DNA of 64,000 nucleotides from Spizellomyces punctatus DAOM BR117. Lineage: Eukaryota. This document shows, in pieces, positions 12,770-25,494 of the stretch. Below the pieces are notes generated by a model. The model did not search any database. It saw only the letters and a list, made by a program, of their open reading frames with translations, and was not told the DNA's origin. The stretch lies in assembly GCA_000182565.2 (NCBI GenBank), contig KQ257456.1. One strand, written 5' to 3'. The translations under genes were made by a program, and so were the position numbers. Positions within the stretch are counted from its first letter, which is position 1. Every line of letters starts with the position of its first letter.

Positions 12770-13970
12770 ATGGACTTGAAATTGGAAGGAACACATGTGC
12801 TTATAACTGGCGCGAGTGGTGGGGTTGGTGTAGTCACAGCTCGACTCTTTTTAGGTTAGTAGCTGCAGAGAGACCTGCTCACAGTGTTCCATGGGATGAC
12901 TCTCACACGGAACCATTACTTAGAGGCAGGGGCTAATGTGACGCTTCAGTACAACAGCACAAACTTAACGCTTTTACCCTTGCAAACATCATATCCAAAT
13001 CAATGTCACGCTCATCCTGCTGACGTTACTTCCGAGGGCGATATAGTCACGCTCTTCCAAGCAGCAACGTCCCGATTTGGGCCAGTCGAGGTCCTTGTCG
13101 TAACTCACGGTGTTTGGCCTTCGCAGGATGTTGGAGTCAAGGACATGTCACTGGAACGTTGGAGAAACACCATGAGCATCAACTTGGACGGGACGTTTTT
13201 GTCCTGCAAATACTTTTTGAAAGGCATCGAAACTGCCGTCCAAGAACGGAGGAGCTTGAGTAACGTGTCAATTGTCCTGGTTGGGTAAGCTTGGCGGCAC
13301 GGCTGGACATATCCGAAGAATGAATTGTGACCCTGGTTGTCAGATCAACAGCTGGTTAGAAGAACAGTAATCAGATACGCACCGCTCATCAGTCATGGTG
13401 TCCTCAACTCATTGAACATAGGAAAGTTCGGCGAGGCCTGGCATGCCGACTATGCCTGCACAAAGTCAGCAATGATGCAAGGCCTTACCTTAAGTTTAAA
13501 GAATGAAATCGTAAAAACCCATCCAAAAGGGCGGGTTAATGCTGTTGCCCCAGGTGAGTACTGAAGTAAGTCATTGAACACCTCTGCCACCATGACACAT
13601 TTGGATTGCTCTGTCAGGTTGGATCCGAACCCCCATGGCAGAACGAGCAATGCAAGATCCAACCCTATTGTACCAAGCACTGGCCAGGTAAAACACAGAA
13701 GGAGAAAGCACTCGATTGCATCCTAATTCCTCTGCTTTGCAACCAATTAGCACACCACTTAAAAAGGTGTCTGAGCCCAGCGACATTGCAAAAGGTAAGG
13801 TAGAGATCTTGCGAACCCTTATAGCGTCGGGTTTGAACTCATCCCCTACCACGTCAGCCATTCTCTTCTTGTCGAGCGAAGCTGTATCCGGGAATATGAC
13901 TGGGGTTTGTTTGGATCTGAATGGGGGAATGGAAGGGAGGCTGTTAAACAATCCACAAGATTTCGCGTGA
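12770..13970 (+). CDS. Short-chain dehydrogenase/reductase
   Basis: LITGASGGVG Rossmann motif, INLDG, YACTK catalytic YxxxK, RVNAVAPG, TGVCLDLNGG; several short introns. Confidence 0.9.
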
Positions 13971-14236
13971 TTGGATCATGGTAATGGATAATCGCTTGAA
14001 GGACGATGACGAGATTGCGATAGGGGTCAGCATTGGTTTCAACTATAGGGACAGTTGTCATCATCAGTAACAAAAAGTCTGATGTGCTATTGTAAGAATC
14101 TAGTTCAAATACAGTTCCCAACGTTGGACACATTGGATGTGGTAATCACCCACGTGATGGCGATCGTTCCCCTAAGAATTACGCAAGACCCGAGGGCATT
14201 TGGTGCGCGGAATCTTTTGGATTGCAAACTGATTCT

Positions 14237-15388
14237 ATGCCATCGCTTCGTAATATATTCTCTCAACGACATAGATTTGTGCACATATTCGTAAAAAGCA
14301 TGCTGGTTTTGCCTGTTCCAGTCCTATCGGACAACTATGCATATGTCTTGGTGGATGAGGATTCAAAAGAGGTGGACGCCAGCTATCCACAGTTGCAAGT
14401 TGCACACGTTTCCACTGACGATAATACCGTGTAGGGTGTAGTAGTGGATCCGGTAGAACCCCACAAAGTGCTGCCCGTTATTGGCCAGAAGGGAATCACC
14501 CTAAATGGAGTCTTAACCACGGTAAACTGAGGAGGAGAGCAGCAGGGTATCACTATGATCTTATACTACCTGACGGGGCTCTTCTAGCATCACCACCATG
14601 ACCATGCAGGAGGCAACACGAAGCTGCTGCAAGAGAAGCCCAATGTAACAGTGTGGGGTGGAGACGACCGGATTCCGCAGCTCACACATCGAGTCAAAGA
14701 CCAGGAGGTATTCCGTATTGGTCGCTTGGAGGTTACAGCCTTGTACACCGTTTGTCATACTAGGTGAGTTAGGTCAGCCATTGCCGTTCAAAGAAATGGA
14801 AGCCTGATGCAAGATATAGGGGCTCAGTTTCCTACTACGTCGTGGATCCAAGCACAAATGACAAAGCCGTCTTCACTGGCGATACGCTGTTCATTGGCGG
14901 GTAAAGACTCGGAGAATTGGGTACTATGTGATCAATTGCCTCCCTGACATTAACACGGAGAATATGTTCCAGATGTGGCAGATTCTTCGAAGGGGACGCG
15001 AAACAGATGTATAACTCTCTGCATAATGTTCTTGGTCGTCTTCCGAAAGATACCAAAGTCTATTGTGGTCACGAATACACAAAGGTTGGTGTATTGCTTG
15101 TGCTCATCGTTCACCCATTGCTCATCGCAATATCTTTCTGAACCAATGCAGTCAAATCTTCGTTTCGCGGCACATGTTGAACCCAACAATTCTGTCATAA
15201 AAGACAAGCTTGCCTGGTGCGAGACTCATGAATGCACGGTTCCTTCGACAATTGGCGATGAATTTGAGTATAATCCATTTTTGCGTCTGAGTTCCCCTGA
15301 GATTCGAAAAGCAGTTGGATTGGATGCCCAAGCCGATCCAATCGAAGTTCTTGCCCGACTGCGGGCAATGAAGGATAATTTCAAGTAG
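14237..15388 (+). CDS. GLO2: Hydroxyacylglutathione hydrolase (glyoxalase II)
   Basis: [21 protein letters not shown] metallo-beta-lactamase motif, [49 protein letters not shown]. Confidence 0.93.
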
Positions 15389-15835
15389 AATTTGCCTTGT
15401 AGCGGTATATAGGTTGCTTGTGGACAAAGCAGAAATGGTAGTGCAAATGGACGAGGACCTTGGACAGTAGATATCATGCAGTAGGATGATGCCTATAGCA
15501 GGCTATGAGGGATCAGCTCCGGACTCTGGGGGACTTCTTGAGGTAGAGCTTGTACACCCTAACATCAAACACTTTCCAACTTTGATCTCGCTGCTAGTTT
15601 GCTTCTATTAACTACCCATAATTATAGTACCAAGATCACAGCTCGGTATCATATTGATGAGATGTCATGGAAAAGTAGTGGCAGAAACATATGCTGTTTC
15701 ATTATCGATAATATACTTTACAGGCTCAACATTAAAAAGTGGAAAGTGTTCACTGTCACGGGCGCTTAGTAAAGTGACATCCACCAGGATTTGCCTTCTT
15801 TGACCAGTTCAATCGCGATCTTGTAGACTGCAATC

Positions 15836-16913
15836 ATGCGACATTTCCTTCGGTTTCTGCCAACAACAAGGCAGCTGTCGATTCGGCAGTTCTCCTCCTG
15901 GAATTCCTCGCCTCGCTCCTCCTCACCAGCAACAGCACTTGGCATCCCGTATGTGATAGAATCCTCCGTAAGTACATGACTGAAAAAGTAGAGTTTACCG
16001 TCCGTTTAACAAGAAGACGTTTAGCCACGGGGCGAGCGAGTGTTTGACATCTTCTCCCGTCTTCTAAAAGAGCGGATTGTGATGTTGAACGGGGAGGTTC
16101 ATGATGGTGTGGCTGCTGTTATCGTCGCCCAGCTTCTGTTTCTCGAGGCAGAGAACCCCGAAAAGCCTATCAACTTTTATATAAATTCACCGGGAGGAAG
16201 CGTCACCGCGGGAATGGTGGGTTGACGCATGTATGTCTCGAAGTGCTTAACTATGGCTGCTAACCTATTGCGTGGTGGGTCGCCCTTCGTAGGCAATCTA
16301 TGATACGGTGAGTTTCGCAGAGTCGTAGACGACGAATTGCTGTCTGCTAATCTGTCCCACCATCATTAGATGCAGGTATGCCGCTCCTCAGGTAGCACTC
16401 ACGAGTATCGCATTTCTCTGACATCCTTGTAAAGTATATTCAATCGCCTGTTGCAACCGTTTGCATCGGCCAGGCTGCGTCCATGGGTTCGCTTCTGCTC
16501 GCTGCAGGTGAAGCTGGACAGCGCTCTATTCTTCCCAATGGACGAGTTATGATACATCAGCCGAGGTATGTAACCGCGGATCGTTCAAAAACGACATTTA
16601 TTAATTTGGCAATTCATTTGGCAGCGGCGGTGCTACGGGGCAAGCATCAGATATCGCAATTCACGCGAAAGAGATCCTCGAAATCAGAGCCCGACTAAAC
16701 CAGATATATCACAAGCATACCAAGCAACCATTGGAGTGGATAGGTACGTTCGAATAGTCGGCGAATTAAAATGTTATGTCGTATCAATGCGGTTGCGACC
16801 TCTCGACAGAAAAAACCATGGAGCGGGATCATTTTATGAATGCGGAGACTGCCCTGAAGTTCGGCCTCGTAGATAGAGTATTGGAGAAACGGGAAGTGCC
16901 AAAAAAGGCCTGA
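15836..16913 (+). CDS. CLPP: Mitochondrial ATP-dependent Clp protease proteolytic subunit
   Basis: [66 protein letters not shown]-terminal presequence-like segment. Confidence 0.95.
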
Positions 16914-17219
16914 ATATATGAAACCTAACCTCGACCGATCGCGATTGATCTTTATTATTCAATTATAAAAAAGTATGTTATATACACAAGTTCAAACGAA
17001 GACCACCGATACAACCACCTATTCCCCTTTGAAAAGCATACCGATCCAATGGATTCCTCTGAATTCAAAAGCACTAAATGCAACTGGACATGCCATCATC
17101 GCATCCTGATCTTCCCACACCGTACTTCTGCACCATAATCCCACACCACCAATGACACACATAAAATTCATAAACGAAGAAGCGGTATAATCGACAAAGT
17201 GAACCCCCGTGAGTCTGCT

Positions 17220-17906
17220 TTACGCTGTCTCCATGTCCATCCTCTCTTCCGTCGCCATGACCTTCTGCTCCATGACCTTCTCTTTGAGAGAAGGCTCGCC
17301 GATCAGTTGGATGTTGCGTTGGATTTCCAACACATTTTGTTGTTTCTCGTGTTCCTTCTTGCCACTTATTCTATACAAAAGATGTTCAGTTATATTTCAA
17401 CGATCAGTGCAGGACTGCATATGTAGACGCACCTCTTTTTGTAGAATACACGGTCCCGACGTGCTTTGATCTCCGCCACTCGTTTCATCGCTTTCAGAGT
17501 TGTCGCCATCAGCTCCCGATCGTAGCGTACTGGAATATTGCGTCGCTTCTCAAATTCAAGAGTCGCATCCTGAATAGGAGGAAACCAACTGGCTGAGCAT
17601 ATGAACCAAATATGTGTCCCAACAACAGCTCTCCAAGCGGAGAGACACCTACGATTGTCATTTCTTTTCCAGCTGCTCTTCTGAACGCCTTTGTCCAACG
17701 AACTTTGCGTGGGTTACGCTTCATTTTAAAGTTCTTGTGGCATTTTGATCGGCACTGGTACAAGCAAGAAATGATTAGTTGACAGCTCAATATCTTGCAC
17801 ATGCCCTACTTACAAAACGGAAAGTTTTGCTGTCATTGCGCACAAACATTGTGCCATGTCCAGGGTAAACTGTGCTTGAGCAAAAGTAGCACTTTTCTAA
17901 CCGCAT
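17220..17906 (-). CDS. RLP24: Ribosome biogenesis protein Rlp24 / RSL24D1
   Basis: [84 protein letters not shown]. Confidence 0.95.
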
Positions 17907-18173
17907 TGTGAAATGTGTGCTTGTGGTAAAATGAAATGGGGAAACGGACGAAAGACCCGAAAGTCCGCACTGTGTGCTGCGCGCCCAGCAGAAACACGTG
18001 TGGATTTCACCCAACAAAAAAAATTCAATGTATTGGGTAAGGCTTTCATAAGCAGATGACTATGCATCACAGTCACGTAACTTTGCTCCAGACAGGTGCA
18101 ATCGCTGGTCACCACGATCAAAACGGGGAAGATCTCCAAATCTTATTCTCACTACGCACAAAAAGCATAAAGC

Positions 18174-18737
18174 ATGTCCATCCCACCGGTATCAGGAATC
18201 CGCGAGTCTCAATCCGGCGATCGTGTAATACCCGCAACCCGCCGTCCAGATGGCTCTGTTCGCAAGGAGCGCAAAGTTCGTCCTGGCTATGTTCCTCAGG
18301 AGGACGTTTCCAGATATACAAACGCCAAGGTTGAGGCCACCCGTGTTCCAGAGGGATATGTGCCTGGTATAGGAGTGGTTCAGCCATCGGAAGCATCGAC
18401 CGTAACAAGCAAATCAGCAAAGAAGAATGCCAAACGAAGAGCAAAGAAAGCAGGCGAAAAGGACCAGCAAGACGGGCCCGCAGAGAAGGTCACCACGACA
18501 CCCGATAGCAAGGCGCTGTCTGATACTCCGGCAAAGACACAAGCAACAGCCCCTGTGGATATAGAAAAGAAACTCAAAAACCTACGAAAGAAACTACGGC
18601 AAATTGAAGAGCTGCAGGAAAAGCAGGCAAAGGGGGGGAATTTAATTCAAGAGCAAAGAGACAAGTTGTCTGGGAAGAAGGACGTGGAGAAAGAAATAGC
18701 AGAGCTGGAGCAAAGCTTGAAGGGATTTCACGTATGA
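18174..18737 (+). CDS. PYM1: Partner of Y14 and Mago (PYM/WIBG)
   Basis: IPATRRPDGSVRKERKVRPGYVPQEDV Mago-binding motif; C-terminal KKLKNLRKKLRQIEEL..EQRDKL. Confidence 0.9.
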   Translation: MSIPPVSGIRESQSGDRVIPATRRPDGSVRKERKVRPGYVPQEDVSRYTNAKVEATRVPEGYVPGIGVVQPSEASTVTSKSAKKNAKRRAKKAGEKDQQDGPAEKVTTTPDSKALSDTPAKTQATAPVDIEKKLKNLRKKLRQIEELQEKQAKGGNLIQEQRDKLSGKKDVEKEIAELEQSLKGFHV

Positions 18738-19273
18738 TGGTTTGCATTAATCATGACGGGAGGACGGCGTAGATACTGTGCATAGGGCTGTATAGCTGTC
18801 TACAATCGTGGTGCGCTGGGGCCAGTCACGATCGACTTGTCCAGATGTACTTTACTCCAGAAGCCTGAATCTGATTGGACACGGGCCGATTTTTGGACAA
18901 GACTAGATTCGCAGGCATAGATCTTATGCTGGCTGTTACTTCCGGTGCTGGGTATTGTATACTATTTACGCACTATCCTCTTCAATTTGATTGGTCATCT
19001 GTCGTATATTCTTGCTCTCTTCGATCATACGAATCTCACGCTTATGAACATGATTGGAATCTATATTGCGACATTTCAATGGACATAAATCTAGCTTTCT
19101 ACAAACTGCCATAGTCCCATGGCAGTATCGGAGGCCAACTCGGCAGCGTTATGCCTTGTTAGTCTATAACTTGTCAAAAGCACCGGTTCGAATGCGCTTG
19201 TCAGCAAGTGACGCGATGTCAAGATCGCTGGTTGTCAAAGATCATCCATCTATCGCTGAACCACCCAGAACAA

Positions 19274-20036
19274 ATGGAAACACTGCCCCATGTCAGAGAA
19301 GCTGAGATATCTCTTTCGGAGGATGAGCTTAATGTAAGGTCACATGAATGGTTGTTGGAGCACTTGTGACTGTCTTCACATTCGCTGGCAATTACTAGCT
19401 CCTCCGCGACAACTACCGTTCAGAAGGGGCCAAGCCGCGCCCACAAACAAGGTTCAACTATGCTTGGGCGCTTGGTAAGCTGCTGTGATTTCAAATGCTG
19501 GTTGTGCTGTTCCTAATTGTCCGGCCTCAAAGTACGAAGCCGAACAAGACCTGACCAAGAGGAGGGCCTCCAGTTACTGCACCGTATGTATCAAAGATAA
19601 TTTGTTAGATATGATTGAATACTGACCTGGTGCTATTACAGAAATGTATAGTGAACTTCCCAGTCGACGGCGCGAATGTCTTTATTACCTCGCATTAGGA
19701 GAATACAAATTGCAGAACTACAAAGTACGTGGAAAACCCCCCGTCCTATCAGCCCGGGGGCGACTAATGAGCCATTTTTGAAAGAATGCACGGAAATACA
19801 ATCAAACACTTCTGGAACATGAACCTCATAATTCACAAGCACTGGAACTAGAAAGAATCATCAACCGAAAGATCAAAAGAGGTATGGTATTCCTTCCTGT
19901 TGGGCGAGAGTCGCATCAAGTTAATCTAGGTTCTGCAGAGGGATTTGTTGGCATGGCCATCCTGTTTGTAACGGTTCTTACAGTAGGTTTAGTTACCGCG
20001 GTAGTTGTGAAACGCCGACAGCCCACTAGTACATAG
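19274..20036 (+). CDS. FIS1: Mitochondrial fission protein Fis1 (6 exons; absent from ORF track)
   Basis: Hand-spliced [53 protein letters not shown]|..[48 protein letters not shown]..|[30 protein letters not shown] motifs plus tail anchor. Confidence 0.92.
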
Positions 20037-20335
20037 ATCGGTCATTTTATATTTACATTTTGAAGCAGCTAAATAGCATTCATTGATCCGATAATCAAAC
20101 TCAAGCTTGATTTAGTCCTATGGTGAGCATCAATCCGAACAATTGCCAGTAGAACGGCTGCATTACCGTAGCGGTTTCCTGTACATGTATATAGAAAGCA
20201 TACTGCACGGATGCGCAGATCTCTACCTTTAACTTTTCTCGCATAAGAGATTTTCCGCATGTGCTGGTATAAAGGTGATGATTGACCAGTGGAGAACGCA
20301 AAAACAGATTACAATAACCGATTTGGATGCATGCT

Positions 20336-21184
20336 TCACTTTTTATTACAGCACTGCATGGCCCATTGCATTCCTTCCTCGATCCCTTCCCCCGTTTTTG
20401 CCGAACACGGTTGAATCTGCCACTGACGGTCCCTTATTGCATTTAAATTCAGACCTGTCGCAATCTGTGAAAATATTAGGGTTCTTATTTCAAAGCAGGG
20501 CAATTCTAATCTGAGAACCGGCATCTTACTTCGTGTCCTGGTAGTGCGTTGATAAGATCTTGCTTGTTGGCAAAAACCAGTACTGGAACACCGGCTAGTT
20601 TATTCTCTTCCAAGAGGTTGTGAAGCTCTTCTCCCCTAAAGGAACAGATGTTGGCACTGACTCTCTGCAGTAAAGTATGGGGATACTCACGTTTCCTCCA
20701 GTCGTCGCTTATCTGCGCTGTCTATAATGTAAATCTGCTCGACATGTAGGCTTTTAATTGGAGACTGCCTATCATTTCCTTCCAGGTTTACATACCAACA
20801 CATCTGTGCTCTCGAAATAATTTCTCCAATATGGTCGAATTGATTTTTGCCCTAGGAGAGACCAGTCCAAACGGTCAGAAATGAACATTAGCTCAGCCAA
20901 AAGTTTCAAACTTGAATACCTCCAATATCCCAGACATTCATTTTAAACCCCTCTTGCTGGACACTTTTGATATTGAATCCCTGTGTCGGCTTAATTTCTG
21001 TTATGTCCTCCGATGCCAAACGTTTTAGAATGGATGTTTTGCCGGCATTGTCGAGGCCGAGTAGTAGAACCCGAATCTCTCGGTCTGTGCGCTTTAGCTT
21101 GCGAAGAAGCGAAAGGAGACCCTTTGGATCATGTTAGTACTGGTGAATGTGAATTTGCAGCGCAGATGGTCTGTGACGTACCAT
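20336..21184 (-). CDS. ARL3: ADP-ribosylation factor-like GTPase 3
   Basis: ATG-only first exon (21184-21182), then [90 protein letters not shown]. Confidence 0.95.
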
Positions 21185-21509
21185 ACTCGGATGGTGGTAG
21201 ATGGGATAGAATCTGGATACCTTTGCTGTAAGATGGTCGCGTCGCGTACAGGACGCCTTCCGTAAGCAATGGACACAGTTGGTGGAAGTCGCGCATCTCG
21301 GGGACCCAGCGCCTTACAGTATTAAGACTAGGGAACATTTTACTTATGCAGGACAGCACAGGCAATTACACAATGACGGGACAGTAGAATATATGTATAA
21401 GAAGGTCCACGTGCAGTACTCTAATTATCGAACAGGTTGATCCTCCAGCTCTAGTAGTCCAATCTAACAACAAAATACAATGGTAGGAAATACGAGAGAG
21501 GATTCATGC

Positions 21510-23481
21510 TTAAAACCTTCCCAAATCAAGCCATAGAGCAATCCAGAGACAAATAAGCGCAAAAATAACCACGAATGCGATATTCAGGACCTCCAGAATG
21601 GGATCGCTTCGTCTTTGAGCTTTCAGAACCGCTTCGGGGGTGTGTTCGATATACTTTGGTTTTGCATGCGTGTAGATTGTCACACCTTTCTCGGTTGCCC
21701 AGCTCGGTGGGACGATGGGAAGTCGTTCTGTCGGAAACCCACCATTGAGATGGACCGGAAAGGGGCATGTGGCGCCCAGTGAGATGGATGCTAAAAGGCC
21801 GGACGTTAAACCGTCCTCTGTTACCCAGACAAAAAGCAGCGTTACAAAATATGCAGCCGGGATGTCCATGAAAAACTCGACTCTCCTTACCATGGAATCC
21901 ATAGTTGGTCCACGCGCCACAAAAGGTTACCCCATTCTTATTTTGTATCTCCTGTAACTTATCTTGCGCGGAAATTGTCTGCGGAGCATATAAAGGATGT
22001 TCATACTCCCACTCCCCAAAGACCATATCCGAGCGTGGCTCAATGAGTGGGTTGAGTGTGGCAAACACGGGACCACATTCCGCTTCTTTCACAAATGGTT
22101 GAAGACGGTTCATCCAGTATGTAAGGCATACGGTTGGAGACTCGGTTTCCGACTTGGTGCGTGTGAGGTAGTTCCATGCTGCCCAGGCTTTGCGAGATTT
22201 GGGCATAAGCTGAGGGATTATGAGTATTATACCCTCAATTCCAGTGCAAGATTGAATGAGAACGAATACTGTACCTCTGGATCCCTGTGCAACACCAACC
22301 TATTCTTCAAATACTTGATAGCTCCCAAAATTTTCCTCTCTTCACTCGTGGCGCTTTCACCCAAGATCTTGAGGGCCTGGTCGGTATGTGTTGCCAAGAT
22401 GACGTGGTCGTATGTTTCACGGTTTCCGCTGGCGTCTACAACTACGAGCTTGCCGTCTTTTTGACGCTCAACGGACACCACGGCTGTGTTGAGGCGGACG
22501 TCCGTCACGTTTTCAAGGATTTTGGTGACATATGTGCGACTATATATGCAGATAATGATGAGAGTTTGGTAGCATGTTGACAAACGCTGTTCCATTGCCA
22601 AAAATACCTTCCATCTACCACGGTTCTCCATTTTGGTCGCCTTCCAATTTGTAACAATTGATGGTTTCGCATAAACCGCAAAAGCGTCAAAACAGGGAAT
22701 TTGTCAAATGTCATGTCAGCGGGTGTTGACCAGATAGCAGCGGTCATCGGGACAATGTAGTTTTCGTAAAAGAAGCTCGAGTAATTTCGTTGCTTAAAGA
22801 ATTCGGCTAATGTCAAAGTCGCGAAAGGATGCTCTAAAGTGGAATGCGCATGGTAATCGTTGATAAGCAAAGTAAATTAAATACTGGTAATGGACGACTT
22901 ACCTCTCTCTTGTGGCGTTGTTCCCGCTCTCACTCTCCCTTCATCATCAAATGCGAGCCGGTCTGCCTCCACAGCAATCCTCTTGGCCTCATTATGAAAT
23001 CTAATAACATCCAAAATCATCCTCCACATGCCCCCTCCATTCTGTCCAAATGGCATTAAATTCCTTCGCTGTGCAAATACAGTATCGATGTTATCTCCAC
23101 ACCATTCAAACTCTCCGCCGTTTCGGGAGACAGAAAAGCTCATATCAGTGATGGCGAGAGGGACTTGAAGTTCTTTGAGGAGAGCGAGAAAATTGGGATA
23201 GGTCACTGGATTGCATACTATGAAACCCGTGTCCACTGGGACGGTTTTGGTCGGGTCAGATAGAGTTGGAATGTCGACAGTGTGCGTGTGGCCTCCTGGA
23301 TAGGAGCCGGACTCATAGAGCGTTGGAGAGAAGGAAGGGTCTTTGGAGAGGAGCCATGCGGCGCTAAGGCCAGAAATGCCTGAACCCTGACGCCGAGAAC
23401 GGGAAGGAGGTTAGGATTAGTGTGGTCGTGATCTTTACCGCACGAAACTGGACTAACAATAATCGCAACTCTAGTAGGCAT
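21510..23481 (-). CDS. FAD/NAD-binding flavin oxidoreductase (COG2907 / amine-oxidase-like) with C-terminal TM anchor
   Basis: RVAII|GSGISGLSAAWLL, GGHTHTVD, VDTGFIVCNPVTYPNF, DMSFSVS, PMTAAIWSTP, AWAAWNYL, YEHPLY, FCGAWTNYGFH|EDGLTSGL. Confidence 0.88.
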
Positions 23482-24462
23482 CGCTGCGCAAAGTGGACAG
23501 AACAGGCGAGTCGGGAGGGATGAATGAGTCTATTTAACCACTGTCGCCCGTACACAACCTTGGTAACGGTGCATGCGGATAAAAGCAGAAGCGATAGCCT
23601 ATATCGCCGCGCGTGGGAATACTCATCGGTCATAGCAACGCGGTTGCTAGTGTGCTGGCTGGACGGACACCCACAGCAACAATACATAGCATATTTTGAC
23701 TTTACATTCTCTTGCGCCTAGTCCCTCAATGCACGTTCAAAAGATGAGATGCTACATGCGACTTGTTTGCACAGTGGAGGCCTCACATTTGTGCGTCGTA
23801 AACGTGCGATGGATTGCAAGACAATCCTTTAATAATCTGAATATCAAAGCAAGCAAGCTTGCTTCAAGATGCTCTATTACGGCAAACCAGTACAAGTGCC
23901 CAAAATGATTCCAATTCACTTGCCGAAAGCAAAAACCTTGGAACCCTCCAAAGCCTTCAAAACCTTAAATCGGCGGAATGCCGTCATGGCTTTGATAAGC
24001 AAGCTCCGTGGTCGGAGGTCTCAAAACCTTGGTACAAAATTCTCTTTTGCAGGGTCTGAAACGCAAGTTTCACACGTGACGTCATGACAAATTTGTTGCG
24101 GTGTTGCGGCTGGGCTACAACCAATCCCATTTTGTGGATCTCCAAATTGGGGGCGGGAAAAGGCCGTCGTTGGTTAGAAGTCTTCCATTGGAATGATCGC
24201 GTGAACCGCCACGAACGGCCAAGCCTCGTCTTTTGTCGGTTTTCTTGGCTGCTGACGTTTGTTCTGGCCTTGGCAGTTGAATAAAAAGAGAACGACGACG
24301 ACGACGATCTGGGGTTCACCTCAAAGCATTTTGAAAACGGCACTGGCATTTTGAACGACGACCATTGTTGGGACCTTAACTCATTACTCAAGTTTTTTTT
24401 TCTTACCTCTCTACACGGCACTCTCGTTACCCTCATTTTTCAATCCGGTCTCGCACGACAAT

Positions 24463-25288
24463 ATGTCGATAAAACAGGGATTTAGCCTGCAAGCCATCCT
24501 CTTGTGGCTGCTGGCGGGCTTGACACTCGTGGCTGCCCAAACAGACGCGATCAATGGTAAGGATCAAAGGGACGATATTTGCAAAAGCCATTCCTGCTTA
24601 CAACTTTCCAAAACCAGATATTAAGGAAGCCATCACAGCACAAACAGCGGTTGCGGGTGCCCTTGCCATTATCCTTGGTTTCGTTCTACTCTTTTGGGGC
24701 CACAGACTCTTTTATCCAACACTCTTCCTTGCCGGATTCTTCGTTTTTGGGACCTTGGGGTACTCCATTCTCCTCAATTTGGAACCACAGCCAGATGGAT
24801 GGTCTAATCGTGACACGATCTTGTTACTCGGGTCTTTGGCGTGTGGTATTGTCGGAGGACTATTGGCAGTGTGCCTGGTCAAGCTGGGGCTGGCATGCAT
24901 CGGAGCTCTCGGCGGGTTCTCGTTAGCAATGTTTATCCTCTCCTTCCAATCCGGCGGTGTAATTCAGAGCGGTCTCGGACGTACCATCTTTATCATTGCA
25001 ATGGTCGTGGTTGGGGCTATTGCTATCTTTTTCCTGGTCAAGCCGGTACTCATTGTCTCGACTGCTGTGGCCGGAGCCATGTCCATTGTTTTGGGTATCG
25101 ACGTGTTTGCTCGAACCGGATTTACCCCGGCTCTCCGACTCTTCTTGACAGGCAACCGATTCGATGTGTCGATCTTTACGAGGGACAACAAGGTCCTCGC
25201 CCTGCTCATTACAGCCGCCGTACTTGCCATTGTGGGCATATTAGTACAGTTTAGAACCAACCGTGGTCGCACCTTTGGACACAAGTAG
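24463..25288 (+). CDS. TMEM198/TM7S3-like (DUF4203) multi-pass membrane protein
   Basis: Signal-peptide exon MSIKQGFSLQAILLWLLAG..; GFVLLFWGHRLFYPTLFLAGF, STAVAGAMSIVLGIDVFARTGF, GILVQFR. Confidence 0.85.
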
Positions 25289-25494
25289 TTTTCCTTCAGT
25301 GTAGAACGTGGTTTATCTACAAGTTTGTATGTATATATTAATGATGCGAATGAGTTGTGAATAGAAATGAAAACCAAGCGTTGAATTGTGAAACAATTGC
25401 ACCAGATATCATTTATAAATATATAAAGAGTTATATACGCAAAGTAAAGCTAATGTACACGGAAAAAAATTATCTGCCAACCCGGGGTATCTGC

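Noticed and set aside
19170-19210. GGTTCGAAT T-loop-like motif
   Set aside because: Flanks do not form a T-stem or cloverleaf.
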